Below, in pieces: positions 11,657-25,093 of a DNA stretch of 64,000 nucleotides. The DNA comes from Octopus vulgaris. Lineage: Eukaryota. A program made the translations under genes and the position numbers. Where the stretch lies: assembly GCA_951406725.2 (NCBI GenBank), contig OX597831.1:28024001-28088000 (forward strand), given 5' to 3'. Each line of letters opens with the position of its first letter. Within the stretch, counting starts at the first letter, position 1. The notes below the pieces were generated by a model. The model saw only the letters and a list, made by a program, of their open reading frames with translations, had not been told where the DNA came from and made no database searches.

Positions 11657-14041
11657 ATGCCAGCTGCCAACTCTGTTACCCCCTCCAAATCCCGGGGTAA
11701 TAAGAAAGACAAACCTCCACCAGCCACGGGTCCCGGGAGTAAGATTGTGTCCTTGTCCAACAGCCTGAAGAAACATATCCAGATTATAAACAGCAATAAA
11801 GTCCACATTCAGTATGACACATTTAATGTGAAATCTCTTCCTGTTGAGATATTCACCAACGAGGAAATCGCTGAGAAAACTGTCCAACTTCGTATTGGCA
11901 ACAACAGGCTTAAACGTCTGCCTCAGACAATCGCCAATCTAAAAATTCTGACTTATCTTGACATTAAGAATAACAACTTAAACAAATTCACCAACAGTAT
12001 TTCGGAGATGAAGAATTTAGCAGAGCTTGATCTGACAAACAATAATCTAAGGAAACTCCCTTCTTCCATACACAAAGCTTCTTCTCTTTCTGTGCTCCAT
12101 CTAAAGAACAATAAAGTGTCTAAACTTCCAAACAAATTCGGTAAATGCCCGGCGCTTTCTCATTTAGATCTTTCGTATAATTTGATTAAAACCTTTAAAA
12201 AGAATGTCTACGAACTCAATGCTGCCATAGATATGTCTTTTAACCGTCTGAAAAGCCTTCCAGCTGTCACTGTCAAAAAGTCGAGTGTAAAAGTGTTTAA
12301 TCTGTCCCACAACATGATTGAAAAACTACCCGAGAGTATCCACAAGCTAACGCGACTTACTCGACTGAATTTGACGCAGAACCAACTCAAAGTGATTCCT
12401 GCCGAAATTGGTCAGTTACGTTACCTGGAATATTTAAATATTTCTCATAATCAACTGAATTCTGTGCCTGAGGAACTCTGTAACATAGCTACAGCTCTCC
12501 AAGAACTGGATCTCTCACACAACCAGATCACCTCATTTCCAGATCGTGTAGAAAATTTTTGCAATCTGAAACTTTTGAATTTATCGTTTAACCAAATCGA
12601 GTACATTCCGACAGGAGTTAAATTCCTGACTTGTTGCGAGGATATAAATGTTTCTCACAACCATTTGACTTCCATGAAGTTTGCCGTAAGTCTTTCAGAA
12701 CTGAGTGATCTTGATGTTTCCTACAACAATATCGAGGTTATTCCTGACGATATAGAACAGATGAAATCTCTACGGAACTTAAATGTTTCGTTTAACTGTA
12801 TCAAAGAAATCCCAGAAAGTATTAGTCGCCTTCCATCTATAAAACATTTCAATATATCTGGTAATTGTATCAATTCTTTGCCGAAATCACTTGGAGAAAA
12901 TCAAATGCTGAGATCTTTGGATATTTCCCAAAATCTCATTTCTACTTTACCTGCAGATCTCTATACGTTAAGAAATCTCGAGTTGTTCCATTTTTCCAAC
13001 AACAATATCAGTGAAATACCTCAGTCTATAAAACATCTCTATCAACTCCAGTCACTGGATGTCTCGCAGAATAACCTTCCAGGTGTCTTTCTTCCTAAAA
13101 CCGTCTGTAAACTGTATCTGTCCGAAAATCCTTTACGAACAAACTACGACGATACGAAGTCGACTTTATATTTAATTGGACAAAAGGATCATGCGAGTCA
13201 CTTAACAGCTTTGGAATTGGTAAACCTCAACTTAGATGCCATCCCTCCGGCTGTCTTTCAGCTTCGTCTTCTGACTCATTTAAATATTTCCAAAAATGAC
13301 ATCAAAGATCTTCCAGACAAATTCCATAAGCTTCGTGTTTTGATTTCCTTGGACATAAGTGACAATCAGCTCCCTGGCCTTCCACCTTCGTTTAAATATT
13401 TAGGACATTTAGAGAAGCTGAATGCCAGCAAAAATAACTTGAAGCGATTTCTACCGGAATTAACGACACTAATTCACTTACAGGAATTAAACATGTCCAC
13501 AAACCACATCACAGAATTGCCAAATCATTTCGGAAGTCTAAACAAACTTCTGAAACTGGATCTTTCAAATAATCAGTTACAACAATTCCCACGTGATCGT
13601 ATTGATGTTTTCGCGTCGTTGATTTCTTTGGATTTGTCCAACAACCGAATCACCTTTATTCCAATTCAGTTCACTTACCTTTACAGGATTAAACTTCTGA
13701 TTCTTGCAACGAACAACGTTGAAATTCTTCCAACTAAAATCAACAAAATGGCTTCATTGGAAGAGTTGGATGTCTCTGACAATCTGCTTACAGAACTCCC
13801 AGAAAATCTTGGTAAACTGCCAAGGATTAGAAAGATTAAGGTAAACGACAATAAAATTACGGCGGGTTTCCCAAAGAATTTTGAGCATCTTCGCAAGAAT
13901 GTGGACGTAGTGTTTGAAAACCAATCGTTCTACAAGACACGCTCGGGCACCACCCCTGCTGCGAAGCCTTCAGTTTTAGATCAGTTATCGATTCCAGAGA
14001 AACAAGATAGAGATTCCCAATCAATAACACCTGAAAGGTAA
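11657..14041 (+). CDS. Intracellular leucine-rich-repeat protein (794 aa, roughly 28-30 LRRs of about 23 aa), coding region without introns
   Basis: Long unbroken ORF in unique sequence; repeated LxxLxLSxNxLxxLPxxIxxLxx units (e.g. LTRLNLTQNQLKVIPAEIGQLRY); in-frame TAG at 11642 just upstream of the ATG; basic low-complexity N-terminus; no signal peptide, TM helix or recognisable ROC/TIR/death domain. Confidence 0.93.
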   Translation: MPAANSVTPSKSRGNKKDKPPPATGPGSKIVSLSNSLKKHIQIINSNKVHIQYDTFNVKSLPVEIFTNEEIAEKTVQLRIGNNRLKRLPQTIANLKILTYLDIKNNNLNKFTNSISEMKNLAELDLTNNNLRKLPSSIHKASSLSVLHLKNNKVSKLPNKFGKCPALSHLDLSYNLIKTFKKNVYELNAAIDMSFNRLKSLPAVTVKKSSVKVFNLSHNMIEKLPESIHKLTRLTRLNLTQNQLKVIPAEIGQLRYLEYLNISHNQLNSVPEELCNIATALQELDLSHNQITSFPDRVENFCNLKLLNLSFNQIEYIPTGVKFLTCCEDINVSHNHLTSMKFAVSLSELSDLDVSYNNIEVIPDDIEQMKSLRNLNVSFNCIKEIPESISRLPSIKHFNISGNCINSLPKSLGENQMLRSLDISQNLISTLPADLYTLRNLELFHFSNNNISEIPQSIKHLYQLQSLDVSQNNLPGVFLPKTVCKLYLSENPLRTNYDDTKSTLYLIGQKDHASHLTALELVNLNLDAIPPAVFQLRLLTHLNISKNDIKDLPDKFHKLRVLISLDISDNQLPGLPPSFKYLGHLEKLNASKNNLKRFLPELTTLIHLQELNMSTNHITELPNHFGSLNKLLKLDLSNNQLQQFPRDRIDVFASLISLDLSNNRITFIPIQFTYLYRIKLLILATNNVEILPTKINKMASLEELDVSDNLLTELPENLGKLPRIRKIKVNDNKITAGFPKNFEHLRKNVDVVFENQSFYKTRSGTTPAAKPSVLDQLSIPEKQDRDSQSITPER

Positions 14042-14146
14042 CCACGGTGGTTACTTTTCAGTGATTGGCTGCAGTCCGATTACTAAAAGAAGTAAAAGGT
14101 AACAACCTCAGCAGCGATATTGAAACTTAATATTTTAATCCATTCT

Positions 14147-14725
14147 AAGGCGGCGAGCTGGCAGAATCGTTAGCGTACTGGAGAAAAATTCTTTGCGGCA
14201 TTTCGTCCGTCTTTACGTCCTGAGTTCAAGTTCCGTCGCAGTTGACTTTGCCTTTCACTCTTTCGGGCTTGATAAAATAAGTACCAGTTGAACACTGAGA
14301 TCGATGTAATCGATTTACACCAACTCCCACCCTGAAATCGCTGGCTTTGTGCCAAATCAATATTTTAATCCATGTTAAGGCGGCGAACTGGCAGAATCAT
14401 TAGCACACCGGGCAAAAGTCTTGGCGGCATTTCATCCGTCTTTACGTCCGGAGTTCAAATTCCACCGAGGTTGACTTTACCTTTTATCCTTTCGGGGTCG
14501 ATAAAGTAAGTACCAGTTAGCACTGCGGTCGATGTCATCGACTGACCCCGCTCTCTCGAAATGACTGGCCCTGTGTCAAAATCTGAAATCCTTGTTTCGC
14601 CGAGGTTGATTTTGTCTTCCATCCTTTCGGGGTCGATAAAATCTGTACTAGTAAAGTACTGGAGTCAAAGTAATCGACTTACGCCCATCTCCCTTAAAAT
14701 TTCAGGACTTACGCCAAAATTTTGA
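14147..14725 (+). mobile_element. Three tandem family-M SINE copies just 3' of the LRR stop
   Basis: AAGGCGGCGAGCTGGCAGAATC heads near 14147 and 14378, headless third near 14598. Confidence 0.85.
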
Positions 14726-14820
14726 AAGGAACACTTTAATCTTTGTTTATAACCCACTCACCCACCCCTTTTGGGTAAAAATTAATGGATAGACAATTAC
14801 TGGAGATAAATATTTAAAAA

Positions 14821-14826
14821 AATAAA
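14821..14826 (+). promoter_or_regulatory. Candidate polyadenylation signal of the LRR gene
   Basis: AATAAA about 780 bp after the stop, just past the SINE cluster; motif only. Confidence 0.25.
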
Positions 14827-15166
14827 GAAAAACATTTAAAAACAAAACCAAAAATCTATGCAACTAATGACACTCTGAAGGTCATGTTTGAATTCAGCAG
14901 GACAGAAAGATAATGAAGTACTTATTAATTAATCTAATTAATTAATTAATTTAATCCATCAATTTGTTAATTAATCCATCATCTTGTCAATCAGATCAAC
15001 CAACTTCTCATTTTTAATTAATCCATCAGTTTGTCGATTAAATTAATCAATTTATTGATTGGTCCATCAGTTTGGTAATTAAATTAATCAACTTGTTGAT
15101 AAATTCGTCAATTTATTAATTACTATATAGATTATGATTACTATAATCTTTCTATCCATTTGTCTG

Positions 15167-15236
<70 letters not shown>

Positions 15237-15323
15237 AGTCTGTCTAGCACAATAATACATTACAGTATATGATTGAAATTTTCCTCTACTAAACACCTTA
15301 TCTCTCTCTCTCTCTTTCTCTCT

Positions 15324-15361
<38 letters not shown>

Positions 15362-15362
15362 C

Positions 15363-15393
<31 letters not shown>

Positions 15394-15567
15394 CTATCTC
15401 TATCTCTTTCTCTTTTATTTACTTATATTTCTCTTTCTTTTCACCTCTCATGTCAACTAATCACGTGGTAGTGGTTACCTTCGACGTGATTGAGCAACCA
15501 ATCCCAACTGATTGGGATTTACTGTACGGTTTGTATCATTCATCCTTTCCATCGTTAAATGCCATCT

Positions 15568-15995
15568 CTTTACTTTGTGGAAGGCCTTTGCATAATCTAT
15601 GAAACACATGAACACGTCCTTTTTGCATCTCCACCGTCCGCTCTGTTACCATTCTTAGTACTAAAATAGCATTCCTAGTACCCAGCACCCTTTACAAAGC
15701 CAAACTGTTCAATTCCAATCTCAGGTGTTATTCTGCTTTCTCCTCGAACGAGTAAAACTCTCAGAATGATTTTTGTAACCTAACTCACTAGATTAATCGT
15801 GCGATGTTGTTCAAAGTCAACTGCTCCTGATATCTTCGGGAGCGCAATAAAGATGGATTTACTCAGATCTTCTATAAATTTCCCATCATCATAGACCTCG
15901 TTTATTTCACTTGTCAGTATTCTAATTCCATATTCCTCCAATGCTTTTATCATCTCAATGACAATTCCATCTAGTCTAGCAGCTTTGTGGGGGTT
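15568..15995 (-). mobile_element. RTE-clade LINE reverse transcriptase fragment (decayed)
   Basis: Manual translation KAARLDGIVIEMIKAL...SIFIALPK...HRTINLVS*...EQFGFVKG/GTRNAI...CFIDYAKAFHKV. Confidence 0.85.
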
Positions 15996-16039
15996 TTTTT
16001 ATGTCTTGTGCCTTTAGTAGAAAGGATTATAATTATTAC

Positions 16040-16094
<55 letters not shown>

Positions 16095-16449
16095 GAGTGA
16101 GAGAGCACTGCATGCCCTCAAAGTGACACTGGGACAAAATATACGAAGACCAGTATACCCATCATGACTACCAATCGGATAAGAGTACACCATGCACATG
16201 CATAACAACCATATGTGCGCGACATGTTTATCTCATATCAAGATAAACAGCACGTATATATATACACATATATACATATATATATATACACACACACACA
16301 TATATATATATATATACACATGTATATTATATATATACATTTACATCTATACATATGCATCTATATACATATATATATATATATATACATACATACATAT
16401 ATATGTGCAGATGTATCTACACATATATACATGCATACATATATATACA

Positions 16450-16496
<47 letters not shown>

Positions 16497-16639
16497 GTAT
16501 ATATGTGAAATAATAGTTTCAGTATTAATACTGAAAGTATTAAAGCTGATACAATCTCACTTTACAATAGAGATGTTATTGTTTCACTTTGATACGTAAT
16601 ACTGAAATAGTGGAAGAAATAAGAGATTGCTCCGAGCTC

Positions 16640-16815
16640 GCATTAGGCAAGAAGTTGAAAATTATTTTGACCCATGACACTGCATGGACCCGAAGTAAGT
16701 TACGTGTAAAATTTGAATGAAATTGCTTAGGTAGTTCTCGAGTTTTTCGTGATGCACACATACAGACACTCAGATAAATAGATAGACACACATTCTCAGT
16801 TTTATATATATATAT
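16640..16815 (-). mobile_element. 5' part of a non-autonomous Helitron-like element
   Basis: AAATTT...ACAGAC...TTTTATATATA layout shared with 19991-20421; 3' CTAG end not seen. Confidence 0.45.
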
Positions 16816-17206
16816 ATATACGACGGGTTTCTTTCGTTTTCCATCTACCAAATCCACTCACAAGGCTTTGGTCGGCCCGAAGCTATACCAGAAGATTCTG
16901 TGTGTGTGTGTATGTGTACACATACATATATGTACACATACATATATGTACACATACATATATGTATCATAAGAAATAACTGACAAGGGAATAAGAAATT
17001 CGTTAGCTTGCAGCTGTGTGTATACATACACATACATACGCACACACACATATACACACACACACGCTTACATACGTACATGCGCACGCGCATACACATA
17101 CACATAAATGTATATTCATTTATTTATATTTATATAATCATTCGACTGAAAAAATTTTCAGGGCGGTGCCCCAGCATGGCCTCATTTTGATGAATGCAAC
17201 AAAAGA

Positions 17207-17545
17207 TGTGTGTGTGTGTGAGTGTATGTGTTTCTGTGTATGTGTATACACCTACATTCACGTATGTATGTATGTATATATGCATGCACGTATGTATGAA
17301 TGTATGTGTGTATGTATGCATGTATGCATGTATGTGTGTATGTATGTATGTATGTATGTATGTAAGTATGTGTGCATGCATGTATGTATATGTATGTACA
17401 TATGTATGTATGTACATATGTATGTATATGTATGTACATAAGTATGTATGTATGTATGTGTGTGTGTATGTATGTATTTATGTGTGTATGCATGAATGTA
17501 TGTATATGTATGTACATATGTATGTGTGCACATGCGTGTGTGTAA
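17207..17545. repeat. (ATGT)n/(GT)n compound microsatellite
   Basis: Seen directly; related tracts at 55950-56188, (TATC)n at 15168-15400 and (TACC)n at 62755-63200. Confidence 0.95.
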
Positions 17546-18106
17546 TGATGTAAGCGTATACTCTAAAGATAAGGCTAATAGTTCCGGGTGGGGAGAAAAA
17601 GCGTATAATATTTTATTCCAATAAAGTGTTTATTTAAATAATGCTCATAAGAACTACATTGAAATGAGAAGGAAAAAATACATGTCACAACAACAAACGG
17701 AACAGTGTTGTGTGGGACGTTTTAAGACGAAGACTGGGGTGGAATGATATAGGGTGAAGGCTGTGTGGGGTGGGGGTGGGCAAACAAGAAACTCAGTCAT
17801 TAGCACGTCACGTGTCTATAACATGATTAGAACGTGGTAATTGGTGCAGGAATCTTAGTTTATTGGTTGGTGGCGGTGGAAATGGAATTAGAGATTCGGA
17901 TCTATTGAATTCTGTTTAAATGTGTAAGAAAGGGAGGGAGGGAGTGGGAAAGCGAGAGTGTATGTGTGTATGAGTGTGTGTGCGAGTGTTTGTGTGTGTG
18001 TGTATGAATGTGTGTTGGCATTTAATTCATTTTAATGGATTGATTAAGGAGATTCACAAAGATTCTTAATGTATATATTTATACGTGTGTGTGTGTGGAT
18101 AGATAG

Positions 18107-18137
<31 letters not shown>

Positions 18138-18154
18138 TGTATGTATGTATGTAT

Positions 18155-18311
18155 TCTTTTGCGTGTTTCGGTAACCGCCTTTAGTCGAGCAAATCAACCC
18201 CAGGACTTATTCTTTGAAAGCCTAGTACTTATTCTATCAGTCTCTTTTGTTGAACCGCTAAGTTACGTGGACTAAGTACACCAACATCGGTTGTCAAGCG
18301 ATGGTGGGGTA

Positions 18312-18370
<59 letters not shown>

Positions 18371-18470
18371 GGCTATAGTAGAAGACACTTGCTCAAGGTG
18401 CAACGCAGTGGAACTGAACTTGGAACCATGAGGTTGGGAAGCAAGCTACTTACAACACAGCTAGACCTAT
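18155..18470 (-). mobile_element. Family C SINE with internal deletion
   Basis: Reverse complement of family C; (CA)n joins directly to CAAGGCTATAGTAGAAGACAC. Confidence 0.8.
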
Positions 18471-18472
18471 AA

Positions 18473-18508
<36 letters not shown>

Positions 18509-18525
18509 TTACGTATACAAATATA

Positions 18526-18919
18526 CGTTGTCTGATCAATAAATATCCAGACTGTTGCTATAGTAACGAACCTGAAGCACGCAGAGTGAAACCGCATGGC
18601 ACAGATTGACCTTGAACACTGCTGTGCATGTGCATTCAGCTTCAACTTTCTAGTTAATTTCCGTTGTTTTGCTTGGAACCGCTAAGTTACGTGGACTAAG
18701 CACACCAACATCGGTTGTCAAGCCAAAAGGTGGGGTACAAACACACTGCACACAGGCACTACACACACACATACACACACACACAAGGCTATAGTAGAAG
18801 ACACTTGCTCGATAGTGACGAACGTTCTGGGAGACCTGCGACCAACAGAACTGAGAAAAACATCGCAGATGTGCGTGCAGCTGTGAGGGGAAATCGTCGA
18901 ACCACTATCCGTAGTTACC

Positions 18920-18962
<43 letters not shown>

Positions 18963-19352
18963 GGTATGTCTTCCATGTTGTGCCAAAACTGTTTTCAGCA
19001 GGCAATGCACCTTGTGCATCAGTTTTTGGTTAAGTACAAAATTCCTCAGGTCCGACAGCCACCGTATCCCCAGATCTTGCCCCTTGCGACTTTTCCCTCT
19101 TTACAATGATCAATTCTCGCTTGAAAGGAAGTAGATTTCAGGACGTCGAGTAAATTAAAGTGAATGCGACGAAGCAGCTGGTGATTATCCTAGAAAACTA
19201 GTTCCAGGAATGATTCCATCAATGGAAACAGTGTTGGATTAAGTGTTTGGCTTCCGCAGGGGAGTAATTTGAAGGAGATTAAGCGCCAAATTGGTAAGTG
19301 TCGTAGTTTTGTTTTTATAGCACCAGTCCGGTTGATTATTGACCAGATTTCG
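18526..19352 (+). mobile_element. Internally deleted mariner transposon
   Basis: Imperfect about 40-bp TIRs; DERSGRP...NIADVRAAVRGNRRTTIRS (HTH region) and QPPY/PDLAPCDF...LKGSRF...QWKQCWIKC...GE*FEGD* (catalytic C-terminus) with stops. Confidence 0.9.
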
Positions 19353-19353
19353 A

Positions 19354-19571
<218 letters not shown>

Positions 19572-19836
19572 CATATATATATACAGATATATATACATAT
19601 ATATATATAACAATTTATGGCCTTAACAGGCCATTCGTCCACCAGAGAGACAGCCAGAACTCAAACCGCCAATTAGTAGTAATTCAGAAATTAGGTGAAA
19701 ATTTAAAAACGTTTACCCTAATTCATCTTTTAGACGATGCATCGTTTCTGTGTTTTTAATGATTAAACTAGCTTACTAATCTACCATATACATATCAGTA
19801 TATATAGAACAACATATTTGTCTCTCCCATTTTACA

Positions 19837-19972
<136 letters not shown>

Positions 19973-19990
19973 TATATACATATATATATA

Positions 19991-20421
19991 CTAGCAGCAT
20001 AGCCCAGCGTTGCCCGGGTATGTAAGAGCCCCTAGTAGGCAACGACTAATCCCAATCTAGTCCTTTCCTCTAGGGAACGAAGGCGCATGTGTAGGTTGCA
20101 ATGTCTTCCCTTCACTCGAATACTTCTGTGTATACGACGTTCCTAGCTGTGCCTTTGGGCGATAAAAAGGTCGAGTTGTGTCCCTTAGACAGAAAATGTG
20201 TTGCATATAAAAAGCTTAGATTCTCGACCCCATGTCGAATTTATCGATTTTTTTCAGAACTGGGGGAACTTTTCAAAATTTTCGCTGCGTTAGTTTTGAA
20301 TTATGACATTGGGCTATGTGTGTGTCAAGTTTCATCAGAATCGGTTGAAAGCCGTGGTCAGGGTGAGGGTACAACCTGACAGATACGCAGACAGACGAAC
20401 TGCCGTTTATATATAGAGAGA
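19991..20421 (-). mobile_element. Non-autonomous Helitron
   Basis: Minus strand starts TC and ends CCCGGGCAACGCTGGG hairpin + CTATGCTG-CTAG, inserted in (TA)n; same 3' end type as 59737-60250. Confidence 0.8.
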
Positions 20422-20444
20422 TATATACATATATATATATATAC

Positions 20445-20475
<31 letters not shown>

Positions 20476-20481
20476 CATACA

Positions 20482-20565
<84 letters not shown>

Positions 20566-20572
20566 TATATAC

Positions 20573-20687
<115 letters not shown>

Positions 20688-20713
20688 ATATATATATATA
20701 CATATATATATAC

Positions 20714-20750
<37 letters not shown>

Positions 20751-20763
20751 CATATATATATAC

Positions 20764-20914
<151 letters not shown>

Positions 20915-21389
20915 TAGACAGGCGAATTCGTATCTCAACCTATCTATATAAATGTAGAGATGCTAGCGGACCGTTAGATCGTTCGATGTCGCCTGATCGA
21001 GCTGATGTAATGGGTGAGTTTTTTTCCTAACATTTCTCGATTTTTAGGAAATAATATATTGACAAGGAAATGAACTTTCGGTTCTAATCCAGAAACGATT
21101 TCGTCTATAATTAATCCAATAAGCTGGGATTTCGTTGTTTTCTTTCTCTTTACCATATCCGGGTTGCAAATTCTGTTTGTTTGTGGAGACTTTTTTACTG
21201 GTAGTAGAAATAGTGATCTATTTGGCTGCTATTTCTAATATTTTCGGTATGTGGTTTTGAGCAACTTGTTGCAATTAACCCTTTATTATAATTAATATAA
21301 TTCTTACCAAATATGGTCTTTTCCATACCGAAAAAACTACTAGGTGAAATTTATTAATTTTATTAAATTAATTATTGTTTCACCCTTTT

Positions 21390-21427
<38 letters not shown>

Positions 21428-21615
21428 AATATGTGACTTTATACAGACACGTACTTATATACATGTTTATATACATACTAACATATATATATACAAATGT
21501 GTGAGTTTATATATTCACATGTACTTATATACATGTATATATACATACTAATATATTTATATATATATATATATATATACATACATACATATATACATAC
21601 TAACCTTTAGTATGT

Positions 21616-21798
<183 letters not shown>

Positions 21799-22962
21799 TA
21801 CATATGTGTGTGGTGTGTGTGTGTGTTCGTTATGAAAGGCAATGACATTGTTATTAGTCTATGCGAGGTTTCTATTGTTAGGCTTTTTAAAATATTTCAA
21901 CAACTATTTGGATTTATGGTGACAAAAAGATATTAAATTCAAATCAAGTGAAACAAAATATGATAGTCTATGGAACAAAATATAATTTTTGTTTTCAGCA
22001 TGACAAAAATCACAGCCAAGACTGCCTTGCTAATATAGATGGCTTTCATCTGTACGAGAAACAAGATGCACAAGTTGGGCCAGAAGTCATGCACAAAACA
22101 AGTTCAGTTCACTCTGGAATTGCCGAAGACATACTTCAACTTTTCTAAAATTAAATAAAATAATGATAGAAAACATACATATTTGTACATGACGAACAAA
22201 ATGAAATAAAATATCAAATGTTTTGGTGTGTGACTTTTGACCTACCCTGTACTTTGATAGATTTAACTAAAAATGATTTACAATCAGGCCAATGTAGCCC
22301 TTAGAAACAGGATTATTAACAGTAAACACCTTAGCGTGTTGAACTGTCAATTTTGAAACACATAAATTATTTAATAGATTACATTCATGATCAAAACAAT
22401 TGCGTATACGTGTAAAAATCAGTTAAAGATATTTAGTATTAATTCTATAACAAAATGGTGTGTACAACTAAAACCTAATTTAACATTATTCCTATTAAAT
22501 ATTTTACAATATTTATGATTTTGTAAGTTGCCAAGCTGACAGAATTGTTATCGCACCAGGAAAAATCGACTTTACATTCTGAGTTCAAATGCCACCCAGG
22601 TCGACTTTGCCTTTCATCCTTTCGAGGTCAATAAAATAAATACCAGCTGGGGTCAATGTAATCTACTTAGCCCCTCTCCAGAAAATACTAGCCTTGTATC
22701 AAAATTTGAAACCAATATTTATGTATTTAACTTTATTTTCCAAAGTTTTGCGTTTGAGCGCTTCTTTATAACAAGAAGCTAATTTGATATACGAAAGGAT
22801 ATCATATAGGCAAACGGTATGACTGTTTGCTAAACATGTTTACTAAATTACAAAGTAACAATTGGTGGGTGGGTGGTTTGAAAAGATATTTTATGCTCTG
22901 TAACTTTTCATTTCGTTTCTTACAAGATAAATATTTGCTTGTTTGTTTGCTTTACGTTTAAA

Positions 22963-23272
22963 GTGGAGGCGCAATGGCCCAGTGGTTAGGGCAGCGGACT
23001 CGCGGTCATAGAATCGCGGTTTCGATTCCCAGACCGGGCGTTGTGAGTGTTTATTGAGCGAAAACACCTAAAGCTCCACGAGGCATCCAGCAGAGGATGG
23101 TGGTGATCCCTGCTGTACTCTTTCACCACAACTTTCTCTCACTCTTACTTCCTGTTTCTGTTGTACCTGTATTTCAAAGGGTACACATGTCTGTGGAGTG
23201 CTCAGCCACTTACACGTTAATTTCACGAGCAGGCTGTTCCGTTGATTCGGATCAACCGACGGAGTGCTTCCA
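22963..23272 (+). mobile_element. Family A SINE with internal deletions
   Basis: 12-bp TSD TTTACGTTTAAA (22951-62, 23277-88); main deletion falls at a short GG microhomology. Confidence 0.9.
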
Positions 23273-23589
23273 TCCATTTACGTTTAAAATGATATCTAAA
23301 AGATTAACTTTGCGTACGTAGTCATTTTCTGTCGAGCTGTTCTCCAACGTGACAGTTGAAAAGAAAAATGAATAAAAACGCTAAGAGAAGGCATGAAAAG
23401 TAAGTTGGATGTCCAAATATATTTAATGAAGGCGCAGGTGTGTTCAGTCCCAAGGCGTGGCACCTTGGGCGAGTGTCTTCTACTATAGCCTCGGGCCGAC
23501 CAAAGCCTTGTGACTAGATTTGGTGGACGGAAACTGAAAAAAGAAGCCCGTCGTATATATAAATGTGTGTGTGTGTGTCTTTTTGGTAG

Positions 23590-23856
23590 TGTGTCATCTC
23601 TTGTGAAAGGTAGGAGAGTCCAGTTTGCTGGACATTGTTGTAGAGCTGAAAAAGAAGTAATTTCTACTCTTCTCCTCTGGAAGCCATCCACTCGCAATAC
23701 CAGAGGGCGCACACTCTCCTACCCTGATGTAATCTCCAGGGATACAGGCATCCAGCAACAGGACCTCCGTAATGCCATGATGGACCGTGAAGTCTGGCGT
23801 AGCATGGTAAATTCCATTGTCTCGACCACGGTCGAACAATGATGATGATGATGATG
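23590..23856 (+). mobile_element. 5'-truncated RTE-type LINE 3' end inserted in a family C SINE microsatellite
   Basis: Open frame RRVQFAGHCCRA...LLLWKP...GRTLSYPDVISRDTG...AMMDREVWR, stop, then (GAT)n tail; TGTGTCTTTTT on both sides. Confidence 0.8.
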
Positions 23857-24483
23857 TGTCTTTTTTTTTTTGCTGGCCTTGTGCTGAAATTTGAAGCCAA
23901 TCTATATGATTTCGTAGAAAATACTTACGTAGTGAGTTCAAGTAATGTTTAGTGATACTCGTACACAAATGAAAGTCGAGAAAGCTTTTTAGAAGAAATC
24001 CGTTTGCATTTTTTCTCCTTTTTTTTTCTGTTTCTGAGAAATAATGTTAATATTTAGGTAATCAATACTTCTGTCTAAGTTTGTCCCCCCGCGACCGCTG
24101 GACAACTGGTGTTGGGACATCTGCCTCTCCCCGTAACTTAGCGGTCCGGTAAAACAGACCGATAGAATAAATACCAGGCTTAAAAAATATGAGTACTGGG
24201 CTCGAGTCATTCGACTTAAATTCTTCAACGCGATGCCCCAGCATGGCCGCAGCCAAATGACTAGATTACATTATCAACGTATAAGAACATTAACAATAAG
24301 ACGACATCAAAGAGAAAGATGACAGCATACAGTCACTGCGTCCTCATAGTTACATGCAGACACAGAATGCTTAGTAGTGACAAAAACACGAGAAAAGGCA
24401 GAGGTATGATAATTCATTCACAGAATATATTAGTAACTGTTTGTTGCGGTGTACAGTGTGTTCGCAGAATATAATTGTCTGAA

Positions 24484-25093
24484 GCGGGTGAGCTGGCAGA
24501 ATCGTTAGCACGCTGGACGAAATGCGTAGCCGTATTTCGTCTGCCGTTACGTTCTGAGTTCAAATTCTGCCGAGGTCGACTTTGCCTTTCATCCTTTCGG
24601 AGTCGATTAAATAAGTACCAGTTACGCACTGGGGTCGATATAATCGACTTAATCCGTTTGTCTGTCCTTGTTTGTCCCCTCTGTGTGTAGCCCCTTGTGG
24701 GTAGTAAATAAATAGGTATTTCGTCTGCCGTTACGTTCTGAGTTCAAATTCCGCCGAGGTCGACTTTGCCTTTCATCCTTTCGGGGTCGATAAATTAAGT
24801 ACCAGTTACGCACTGCGGTCGATGTAATCGACTTAATACTTTTGTCTGTCCTTGTTTGTCCCCTCTATGTTTAGGCCCTGTGGACAATAAAGAAATAAGA
24901 AACGTTAGCACGCCGGGCGAAATGTCAAGCGGTATTTCATCTGTCTTTACGTTCTGAGTTCAAATTCCGCCGATGTCGACTTAGCCTTTCATCCTTTCGG
25001 GGTCGATAAATTAAGTACCAGTTATGTACTAGAGTCGATCTAATCGACTGGCCCCCTCCTCAAAAATTTCGGGCCTTGTCCCTAGAGTAGAAA
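24484..25093 (+). mobile_element. Trimeric family-M SINE
   Basis: Three consecutive cores inside one 18-bp TSD AGAATATAATTGTCTGAA (24466-83, 25094-111). Confidence 0.9.

Noticed and set aside
11657-14041. Assigning SHOC2, LRRC40, Scribble or LRRK as gene symbol
   Set aside because: No diagnostic termini or extra domains recognised; generic LRR similarity only.
21999-22148. Possible terminal exon (acceptor, HDKNHSQDCLANIDGF...LQLF*, AATAAA)
   Set aside because: Signals are common in AT-rich DNA and the peptide is unrecognised; likewise 54268-54346, 32277-32380 and 3573-3695.
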